Positions 10,458 through 19,521 of a DNA stretch of 20,000 nucleotides are shown in pieces; within the stretch, counting starts at the first letter, position 1; every line of letters begins with the position of its first letter. Both the position numbers and the translations under genes were made by a program. The stretch is from Alloascoidea hylecoeti (lineage: Eukaryota). The notes under the pieces are model-generated. The model made no database searches. It saw only the letters and a program-made list of their open reading frames with translations, and had not been told where the DNA came from. The DNA is taken from contig BCKZ01000041.1 of the NCBI GenBank assembly GCA_001600815.1, positions 44,685 to 64,684 of the forward strand, given 5' to 3'.

Positions 10458-11657
10458 TTAAGATGTAATTCCTGTATATGGAGCTGGTCTTTTAGCAACT
10501 AATAAATTTTGGACAACTTCTAAAGCGGAGAGTTCTTCGGGTAATCCCCATTTTCCATCATAATGTCCAAGATTCCAATTAACACCACATGTATGGCCAT
10601 CTAATCCTCCACTGCAAGATTTCCCAGCTGCAACTGCCGAAAGGCGTAACCAATTCATAATAGTATCGTACTTATCTGGCATCATAATGGCGGTAATACC
10701 CAACATTCTTGCAAAAATCGCTTTAAAAGTCATTTGATCATTATTACAACCACGGATTGTAGTCTCACATGCTGCTTCAAACATGACACCATTTTTAAAA
10801 AAAACTGTTGAACTTTTAAGTAAATTACTAGCTCTATCATACCATATTTGATTACCAGTTGCATTATAAAGAACAGCTGCTCCTGCAAACATTAATCCTT
10901 GATTATATGTCCATTGTAGCTTTGTGACATCAGAGCAGGCATCGACATTAAAGCCATCATATACAAACGTCCATTTATTGTCAACAACAGTAATTAAATG
11001 AGTATTCTCCATCCAATTCCAGATTTTATCACACCATTCATAATAGGTTTGATTAGATGAATATCTTGCTAATCTTGCACTTAAATGAAATAAACCACCA
11101 TTTGAAACTGCATTTTTATAGTTATAACCATTATTCGAAGGATAAATCTGCCATCTTAGCCCACCACCGCAAGTTGAAGTATCCCAACGATTTGACATTG
11201 TACGAAATACAGATTGTGCTAATGGGATCCATTGTGGTTTACTAGCCGGAGGATTTGGAAATTTCTTCTCTGCTGCTTGCATACAAGCAATTCCCCAAAA
11301 TACTTGATCGTCATTACCTTCTGAGGTTGAAAAATCAGCAGGCATATAATCCCAATGCTCACCGACCTGAAATAGTAAGGCCTGTGTAGTTATATCAATA
11401 TAGGTATTATTATCCATGTAATACCAATAATCAATCATACTACCCCAAGCGACACCGGCATGCCACCAGTAATAAGGAAAAGAAAATGTACCAATTGATT
11501 GGCCAATATTCAAGCCAGTATAATAATCTAGAGCACCATCAGCAAATAATGAAGCAGCATCATGTATAGAATCAAAATTAGTTGGATCGATATCAACTGA
11601 TATAACTAGTCCTGTCAGCAGCAAGGGCCCAAGAATTGATAAGGGAGAAAACTTCAT
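10458..11657 (-). CDS. GH76 alpha-1,6-mannanase/transglycosylase, DCW1/DFG5 family; signal peptide present, no GPI tail
   Basis: YYWWHAGVAWG, catalytic EGNDDQ, CGGGLRWQI, YKNAVSNG, WTYNQG, CSGG.DGHTCG and SALEV.QNLL..RPAPYT motifs typical of yeast Dcw1/Dfg5; hydrophobic N-terminus. No symbol is given because it may be a paralog. Confidence 0.95.
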   Translation of the reverse strand: MKFSPLSILGPLLLTGLVISVDIDPTNFDSIHDAASLFADGALDYYTGLNIGQSIGTFSFPYYWWHAGVAWGSMIDYWYYMDNNTYIDITTQALLFQVGEHWDYMPADFSTSEGNDDQVFWGIACMQAAEKKFPNPPASKPQWIPLAQSVFRTMSNRWDTSTCGGGLRWQIYPSNNGYNYKNAVSNGGLFHLSARLARYSSNQTYYEWCDKIWNWMENTHLITVVDNKWTFVYDGFNVDACSDVTKLQWTYNQGLMFAGAAVLYNATGNQIWYDRASNLLKSSTVFFKNGVMFEAACETTIRGCNNDQMTFKAIFARMLGITAIMMPDKYDTIMNWLRLSAVAAGKSCSGGLDGHTCGVNWNLGHYDGKWGLPEELSALEVVQNLLVAKRPAPYTGITS

Positions 11658-12251
11658 TTTGTTTTTTCTTTTATTATTATTACTGAACAGATTAACTCAG
11701 TATTTAAATCTGAAAAACAACAGCGAAAGCTGAAACTAAAAATACATTTAAATATAAACAAGCAACCACGCAAATAATAGAGCAATGAGAGCAAAGTTTA
11801 TAGAATCTCCACCAAATGTAGCTTTCTCCGCATCCTTTCTTCCACCGTAACACTAAGTTAAAATATTGCGAAATTTATATTGAAAACTCCAATGGGAAAT
11901 GAAGTTTCAAATTCCAACTTCCTAAAATCAAACCACACGAAATTAGGACAACACGCACCAAAGCTGTTTATTTCAACCCCAGATAGAGAAATATAGTGCA
12001 AATGGAACAATCCGATTAGATTGTGATAATCTGTATCCTCAAATGAGTGAGATATTATTCAACATCCAGCATATATGTCTGCTCAGAAAGAGGCAAAACC
12101 CCAATCCATCGTGATAAAAAGAAAATATAATCTACCAAAGCCGCTCAACCCTTTGAAGGAAGGAAAGAAACACCAAATAATGTGATGAAGTAATATTAAT
12201 TATCGAATTCGAAAGGTGATATGGTTTACAATCCGGGTAAGATATAAAGTA

Positions 12252-12420
12252 ATATAATTAATTATGGCTGTATGGAGTTACCAATATGGACTTCGCTTCG
12301 GCTGCATAATATATATATTACTCGAATATACGAAGTACTACTATTTCGTCATTCATAAATAAGCGTCCACTGGATTCATTAATATTAGGCCACTTGATGA
12401 ATCTACATCGGTCAGTTGTT
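12252..12420 (-). repeat. Degenerate inverted copy of the 12756-13078 element
   Basis: CTTCGCTTCGGCTGCATAATATATATAT and AATAAGCGTCCACTGGATTCA...GGCCACTTGATGAATC resemble the reverse complement of ~12850-13070. Confidence 0.55.
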
Positions 12421-12755
12421 GAACTAAATATTCCGTAACATGATGCACTAGTATTCAGATATGCTAAGGAAAATAAGTTAAAATATAGGGCTTATATACT
12501 CCAAAGAGGAAAATTTAAATAAAAATGATATAAAAACATTTTTTACTAGCTGAATTCCTAGTTTGGATTATTTCGTGAAAATCAATCAATAGCCTTATCG
12601 AGACTTAAATTGAATTTTTGCACAACACTTAGACTTACATATACCATTCGAGTGTTTTAACTATGAATAGCTATAATACAGCACTCTAAAACCCATATAT
12701 TTATCTAAATTATAATCAAGTAGTTCGTTTTATATTTTCAATCATACATCATTAC

Positions 12756-13078
12756 TGTGAAGGTAAATATATGGGTGGGCCGAACATTAGTGTATGTGTA
12801 TTACGTGGCAGAATATTTAGTCGAAGGTGTGGCCGAATATTCACTTCATCACTTCGATGATATTGATTCATCAGCTAGGCCGAAGCTTGGTGAATTAATG
12901 GACGATTATTCAGTTTATTAAGTTGGGAATTAACATCATATGCATGTAAATTATGATGCAATCAATATTTAAAAGTTTTAAGTATTAGGCGGTGAAAATT
13001 TATATATATATTGGAAAGCCGAACCAAAGTCGCGACTCGCGACGTCCAACCCATAGCAGAATATTAATTAGTTCACCA
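12756..13078. mobile_element. Possible degenerate solo LTR (~323 bp)
   Basis: Ends TGTGAA...TTCACCA, internal TATATATATA, several GGC(C/A)GAA motifs, and a second copy nearby. Flanks ATTAC/AGTAG are not a clean target-site duplication. Confidence 0.35.
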
Positions 13079-13491
13079 AGTAGTAGCAACTAAAAAAACT
13101 ACTGTACCATTTAAATATGATAGTGGGATATGCCTGTTCTTAAGATCCAGTTACTACACTAATTAGTTTATATTGGAGACCATGGTTTCATTTCCCAATT
13201 CCTTTCCTGTGATGATTGTCTGACACTACAAACACCAAAACAATGATAGACAACTTTAAAAATCTACAAACATATAAATGATATGAAGGATTACCATTTT
13301 CGAGCGAACAACGGTGAAGAAAATTGCATATGAATCATAAGATATTATTAAATTTTACATATTTGGATATCTAAAAAAATCAAGATTCCCTCTCGTATTC
13401 AAAAACAAATATGATTATTAATTTTAATTGAAACAATTAGAAGTGCTTACCTCTGGTAATTATAGATGATTATATCTGGCAACAAACACAG

Positions 13492-13983
13492 TTAACAGCC
13501 ATATCCAACAATCATGACAATTCCTAGAATGAACAGAGGGGCGAAGTTTTTCATCGATTGTTTTGTGATAATTCCTGAAGCAGCATTTGAAGAGGAATCT
13601 ACTGATGGAGAAACAGTAGAAGATTCTACCACACTTGTAGACATTGACATATCTGACATATCCATATTCATTGTGCTAGAGGAAGCTTCAGTAGAGGAAG
13701 CCGCACTTGTTCCAGATGTGGCACTTGCTGTTCCCATATCCATTCCTGACATATCCATATCCATTGTAGTAGAGGAAGCGGCACTCGTAATTGCTACTGA
13801 TGTACTACTTGTCGTTGCCATATCCATTCCGGACATGTCTGACATATCCATACCGCTCATATCCATAGTAGTACTAGAAATAATGGTGGTAGCTGAAGTT
13901 GTTGAAGCAGCTACACTTGTTGTTCCCATATCCATACCACTCATATCCATATCCATACCACTCATTTCCATATCCATACTCAT
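13492..13983 (-). CDS. Met-rich, Ser/Thr-rich putative copper-binding protein resembling a Ctr1 N-terminal ectodomain, with a single hydrophobic C-terminus
   Basis: Four MxM/MxxM clusters (about 28 Met in 163 aa) separated by S/T linkers; C-terminal SNAASG...FAPLFILGIVMIVGYGC; A at -3 of the ATG; TATA and CuRE pair upstream. Confidence 0.85.
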   Translation of the reverse strand: MSMDMEMSGMDMDMSGMDMGTTSVAASTTSATTIISSTTMDMSGMDMSDMSGMDMATTSSTSVAITSAASSTTMDMDMSGMDMGTASATSGTSAASSTEASSSTMNMDMSDMSMSTSVVESSTVSPSVDSSSNAASGIITKQSMKNFAPLFILGIVMIVGYGC

Positions 13984-14129
13984 TGTGAATTAGTGTCTTA
14001 GTACAATTATATAATTGTGGATCAAAGATTGAAAAGTGAATAATATAAGTATAACCTTTTATTAAACAGAATCCGGAAGTAAAACTGAAGTTATAACTAT
14101 AAGTTTTTTCTAGAAGGCTGATCTGTGTC

Positions 14130-14137
14130 TTTTATAT
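14130..14137 (-). promoter_or_regulatory. TATA box of the Met-rich gene
   Basis: ATATAAAA on the minus strand ~150 bp upstream of the ATG at 13983. Confidence 0.55.
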
Positions 14138-14277
14138 TCCTGAAAACATGACGCTAGTTTCCGCCATAACTTCAACAATTTATTTTTAAAAAGTTAACTA
14201 GGATTTTCTTCCTGAAAGTAAGGCAATAGTGTGATAAAAATATATATTTGATGTTAGAGATATACAAATCGAGCTTT

Positions 14278-14329
14278 AATTTGCTCACGTATAACACTAC
14301 TGTTGTAATTATAATACAATGAGCAAATT
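14278..14329. promoter_or_regulatory. Inverted pair of Mac1 copper-response elements (CuRE, TTTGCTCA)
   Basis: AATTTGCTCA (14278-14287) and TGAGCAAATT (14320-14329), with a 32-bp spacer, ~295-345 bp upstream of the Met-rich ORF. Confidence 0.85.
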
Positions 14330-14426
14330 TATTGTTTTCCGGACTTTTTCCCTTCCTGCCAAGATCTAAATGAATAAATATATTATAATTTTATCCTGCA
14401 CAGCCACTTTACCTTGCACTCCTATA

Positions 14427-14740
14427 TGTCAAACACGACCATATGAGCTATGTGGTGTCGATCACACCCGTAGGTTGGTTAAGAGAGTTCGTGTTGAGCT
14501 CGAGGAATTGTATTGTGGCCTGAAAAGTGCTCAGTGTGAGTTTGGACTTGGAATCTTTTCAAAATGTTTCAAGTTATATTATTTTAAAGTTTATTTTTGG
14601 TGTTAGCCAATTCTGTTTCTTGGGTGCTCGAGTTAGGTCCCGAAAGCTTCTAAGGTCGGGTTCGAGTGCTCGGCGATGTGCGCCTAGGTGGCTGCATACT
14701 ATTGTGCAAGCCAAAAAATTTGGCCGATGAGTTTGACCCA
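14427..14740. mobile_element. Putative solo LTR (~314 bp)
   Basis: GC-richer island bounded by TGTCAAACAC...GAGTTTGACCCA (imperfect terminal inverted repeat, TG..CA). Flanks CTATA/CTAGT match only 3/5. Confidence 0.5.
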
Positions 14741-15429
14741 CTAGTAGCCCACTATGCATAGTATACCATGAAATGGCATAAGTAAGTCAATTGCTGCATC
14801 AAATAATAATAGTGAACATTGCAGGGCCATTTCAGGTTACTGAAGTTAGTGATAAATTAATAATAAGCTAGCTAAGATTGCTTAATTGTGCATATGGTAC
14901 TATACATGTATAAACCAGGCACTTTAATTATTTAGATCGATACATAATTAATGGAAGAAGGTAATAAATAATTAAATCATCCTTCGTACATGTAAAAGAA
15001 ATTAATGTACATCGCAAAATTGACTATCAAATTGTCAATCATACATTAATAAAAAAAATATTAAACATATCAGTAGATTATTACTGACTCAGTATATTGG
15101 AAAAGTTTATCTAGTTAGGAACATACACATAGAGGCAAATGAATACTCTATCAATAAACAGTAAAACGTATGACGGTGGTTAAGTAAATTACACTAGTAT
15201 ATGATATTTTTCTCTTGTGCACCTATTTGAGGAAAATTATTCCAATTTTTGTAGTATCGCTGTTGCTGAAATGGACCCAATAAATTTTTTCATGATCATG
15301 ATGTTCAGATTTCACATCTATGTAGATTCAATTTTTCGGTTTTAACCTTATTCCATAATTAGTCAATTGAAGTCGATTGTAAATCAAATTTGCAGTTCAT
15401 ACCTGCATCACATATATAATATACTTTTT

Positions 15430-18400
15430 TATTTATGTTCTAAGTTTGATTGTAAAGGTTTATAATCTGTCTTAGTTAATTTAGGATCTTTCTCAGCTAT
15501 ATGAAGTATTATCATTTCTATAAGCTTATCTAACTTATCCTCAAACCATTTCATAATTGATTCCAAACGAATTATTGAATCAAATTTTGGAAGAAGATTA
15601 TTATGTGTTGTTCGAATTGGGTTTCTTGGTTTAATCATTTTACCTTATTTATTGGTTCAGATAACTTGATTCGTTACGTAAGATATAATAAATTTTAGTG
15701 AATTTTGATTAAAGTAATAAGTAATTCGTGGGAATACTCAGATATTATATACGTATTTTAGATTGAAAGTAAAGAAAATAGATAAAACTTAAAAATAGTT
15801 AGTCATTTTAAATGAGAGATAAATTTTAAGAAAGTGTACAAAATTTTTGATGGAGTTCTGTGTTTAATGTCAAGAAAAAAAAAGATAAAGATTCCGGGAA
15901 AGATCCAGAAGTTCCTGTAAATAAAGAGCCTCTCATCATTCCATCTATAGGACAATAAATATAATATCATGTTAGATTTAACTGTAACCAAAAAATTAGA
16001 AAATATCCAACTAATTATATCTATAATAATTGTAGATTTAAAACGTTTGAATGAAATTAATATATTATGTTTCTATTCTTTCGATTTACTTCATTAACTT
16101 GATCCAAGAATCAATAGAAGTTGTTCAAAAGTTATTAGTTGCTAAAGGATCAACTCCATATACTGTACGTAAGACTACGCCAGAACGCCAAAAAGTTTTA
16201 TATTTGGATTAGGAGTTTCAAAACCAACAATGAATATAAATGATTAAAAATATTATTACTAAAATGTACTTAATCTTATATTCAGACACACCGACACGCA
16301 TTGTTCTTTGTTTTCTGTGGAGAATTGTGTTTAATTAATACCTTTCCCTCTCAGAAGTCTGCAGCTGGATTCGACTCTGTATAGTTTTTAAGAGATCTTA
16401 GAACATTGTGGTTGTACAACCCATGGAGAAAAAGAAGAAGAAAGTAAGTTTGAGATATAAAATTCAACGTGATGCAATATACAGTACAGTTTGATTAACT
16501 ACGGTTACGGCATTCAGTAATAGATCAACTTTGTGGTTTTCAAAATTGAATTGGTTATGTCGCATTTGTACAAATCAGGTAACTGCAAAGGGGTACTTGC
16601 ATATAAAGTGTAGTCATGATTTTGAACGAGTTCAGGCTCACGAGCTGAGTCTGAGATGAGACATCGTATTAGTTGGGTCATTGATTATTGAGCTTTCGAC
16701 TATTGAGACATTATTGGAAGTCTGTATTTTCTTATCGTACTATACCCAGGTGGTTAACTAGAGCTACTCAGAAGGATCAGTGATGTTTTATGTGAGACGC
16801 GTAAATTTTTCCGGTCCTTCACTTGCTGATTCATGTTAAGAAATATTTATTTCACTTCAATGTTAATCATAAACTGTTGATTTGCCGTATTTACCAACAA
16901 ATACATTAATTCTTCACTGTGATCCTTTTCATTATGATATTTTCCAGCTTCGATATACCATTAGCAGCTGTAAAGTTTCTAGTATAAAATACCAATTTGT
17001 ATGCAAATACAGACAATTCAAACATTCTATTTTGAAATGGTATTGTAAATTATATTGTAGTTGAGGTTCTAAATTATCAAGACTTGATCTCCAAACCCAA
17101 AATAATCATACTTCCCTAGAACAATAAATTTAATAATTTTATCTTGAGAGATTCTTTATAAATAAACCAACACCTGTTTCTCTTGGCATAATAAAATAAT
17201 CTATTGAGTTAAAATCTGGCAATTTCTAATTTATATAATACTCATCAACTGAACTAAAACCCAAAGATTTGTCATTATAATTAGTATCCATGTAACTAAC
17301 CTCACGATCAATTGACTTTTAAGTACTTGAATTTGCATTATGGCCAAGGTGACCCTTTAGCTTGAACAGATTTTTTATATAATCACTACTGTAAATCATT
17401 TTTTATTTGCCCAAAGGATAAGATGTTGAAAAAATTCTCGAGCTCTTTAAAGAAGTAATTTTTAAACCTTTTTCCAACTACTCGATTCCATATCCCCAAG
17501 TTCTTGGGTAAAAGTGCTAAAGCGATGATGAGCGCATACTATACTTTTAAGTTATCTTTGTTTCTAAATTCTGATATTCTGATTGCCATCTACATTAATT
17601 TTGATTGATTTTTCGTTTAATTGTTATTACTTTTAATTTAGATGCCACTCATAACTAATAAAATTTATAAATATTAGGCAAAAATAAATCACTTCAGAGC
17701 ATTATAAGTTATTTAGTTAAAGCTTTTCATTTGGGATGGCCAGATTTTCATTAATGGTTTGTTGACTATCAATTATATAAGCTATTAGCTATCGACTTAA
17801 CCAAAAAAGAAAAATTGAAAATTGTAAGACGGAAATTAAACTAAAATAATCTTTAATACTAATTTCAATTCATTTTAGAGTATTTGTGTATAAAATATTA
17901 GTTACTTCATACAATATTCATTTTCTCAAAGGCACTCGAAGATTATCGAATCATCTTTCCTTAGTACTGATTTGGAGATCAGTATAGGAAATAGTAAAAT
18001 TTCTTTCCTTAAATAAGAAAAGGATACAGTTCTGTAAGATATCATCGCTTGAATAGAAACATGAACGAGACACTTACTTAAAAGTTGATTTTAATTGTGA
18101 TCATATTGACAGCTAATTGCAAAATTAACAACAAATATTAATTATTAAATATATAATATTCCTAATTTCTATTTAATCTCATATAATTCTGAAAATATAC
18201 GCTCCATGCTTATTTTTGTAGTATATTGTTGTCATGGGGAATTATTACGATTTTGTAAATTGGACTCACTTTCTCCAAGCTTCCAACTCACATATCATTT
18301 TACTATCTTATAAGAATGGGGTGTTATTATTTTCTTTCCCTTTTAAAAATCTCAATTCCGCCTCGAGTAGTGTTTTGGGATCTTCTAGCACTGTGGTGGA

Positions 18401-18500
18401 AAATTCAGCCAATAAAATTTACTGTATATCCCTTGAAGATATTTGTCCAAGTGCATAAATCATCATCAGCTATCTCATACTTTTTCAATTATTCCAACCA
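15430..18500 (-). pseudogene. Decayed long partner ORF (family L), head-to-head with copy E
   Basis: Interrupted translation (AEFSTTVLEDPKTLLEAELRFLK; TTIYYKNKHGAYIFR; SFSYLRKEILLFP; LPNIYK; IMPRETGVGLFIKNL-QDKIIK; FTIPFQNR..LSVF; NLLPKFDSIIRLESIMKWFEDKLDKLIEMI) is collinear with the plus-strand copies. Includes ORF-track fragments 15429-15638 and 15803-15991. Confidence 0.65.
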
Positions 18501-18720
18501 CACTTAAAATCTCTATTTTCTGAGTGGCCGCTTCACACAGCTACTGCCGAATTAAAGAGACCAATAATAATATCTAAAATGGTAATGATACTCAAGCAAT
18601 TAAAGATGGCCAATTAACCACATTAAACAGAAAACAAGCTATAAAAATGTACAAAGATGTCGAACTGTGTTCCATTTATTTTTTAGACTCTCATTAAATT
18701 TGTTTTTGCAATTGTGTTCA

Positions 18721-18774
18721 CCTGGCCCATATTTAGTGTACTCATCCCGAACGTATAAATTTATGAGCGCTTAC
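18721..18774. promoter_or_regulatory. Conserved upstream block of family S, copy E (inverted)
   Basis: CCTGGCCCATATTTAGTGTACTCATCCCGAACGTATAAATTTATGAGCGCTTAC is the reverse complement of the block at the other copies. Confidence 0.6.
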
Positions 18775-18999
18775 ATTTTGTGTTTAAATTTCTCCTTTAT
18801 AATTGTTTTCATTTACTTTTAATTGTTTTCTACTCATTTTTCCATTCAAATTCTATTCATCAGGTTTGCAACTGTCTATACACCACAACCATACAATCAA
18901 TTGACATAGCTTAATACTCACAATAACCTCCTTCATAATTAAATTGCTGTACACATTTGTTTTAATTCTTACTTTTCCAAGCTAATATCCACAAACAAG

Positions 19000-19521
19000 A
19001 TGGCAATTGATCCAACTCTAGAATATAACAAAGATCTTCATCCTCTTGAAGAATGGAACTTGTGGTACTCCAAAAATGAAGCTGAAATATTGAAGATAAC
19101 AGATTACAGCTGCAGCTACAAAGAAGTCGGTACAATGAGATATTATAAATCTTGCGAATACAAAGATATTTTTGGTAAACATACCATCTGGTCACCTTTC
19201 TTAACGGGTTCTGAATGGGAGGAGCAACCATTAGACAAAAATAAACCACCAAATACATATCAACCACCAATCATATATGAACTACCGAGCACATATCAAC
19301 CAACCAGCCCTTACATACATCAACCACAAGACACATACACATATCAACCCACGAAAATACACAAATATCAATTACCAAACACAAATCAGCCCATAGTACT
19401 TCCACAAGTAGGATATTTAGTAGATGAAATTGATGAATATTGTCTTACACTATTAGTATTACTATTGTTAGTGTTACTGCTGGTATTATTCATATGGTTA
19501 CTGTTCTTGTTATTATCATAA
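19000..19521 (+). CDS. Family S copy E, 173 aa, with internal deletions, YQP repeats and a Leu-rich C-terminus
   Basis: MAIDPTLEYNKDLHPLEEWNLWYSKNEAE and CEYKDIFGKHTIWSPFLT match the paralogs; inverted orientation relative to copies A-D. Confidence 0.7.
   Translation: MAIDPTLEYNKDLHPLEEWNLWYSKNEAEILKITDYSCSYKEVGTMRYYKSCEYKDIFGKHTIWSPFLTGSEWEEQPLDKNKPPNTYQPPIIYELPSTYQPTSPYIHQPQDTYTYQPTKIHKYQLPNTNQPIVLPQVGYLVDEIDEYCLTLLVLLLLVLLLVLFIWLLFLLLS

Noticed and set aside
11616..11624. Using CTG codons in the GH76 signal peptide to determine the genetic code
   Set aside because: Only two CTGs were noticed, in an unconserved region. Leu fits hydrophobicity while the protein resembles CUG-Ser clade Dcw1, so the code is undetermined.
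11788..11795. Single TTTGCTCT (minus strand) upstream of the GH76 gene as a Mac1 site
   Set aside because: A single site with a non-consensus last base; Mac1 targets usually have paired elements.
13514..13993. 159-aa plus-strand ORF
   Set aside because: Antisense shadow of the repetitive Met-rich gene; the promoter elements support the minus strand.
14370..14759. Three short overlapping ORFs, and a possible tRNA suggested by GGTTCGA
   Set aside because: They fall in the GC-richer LTR-like island, and I could not fold a cloverleaf.
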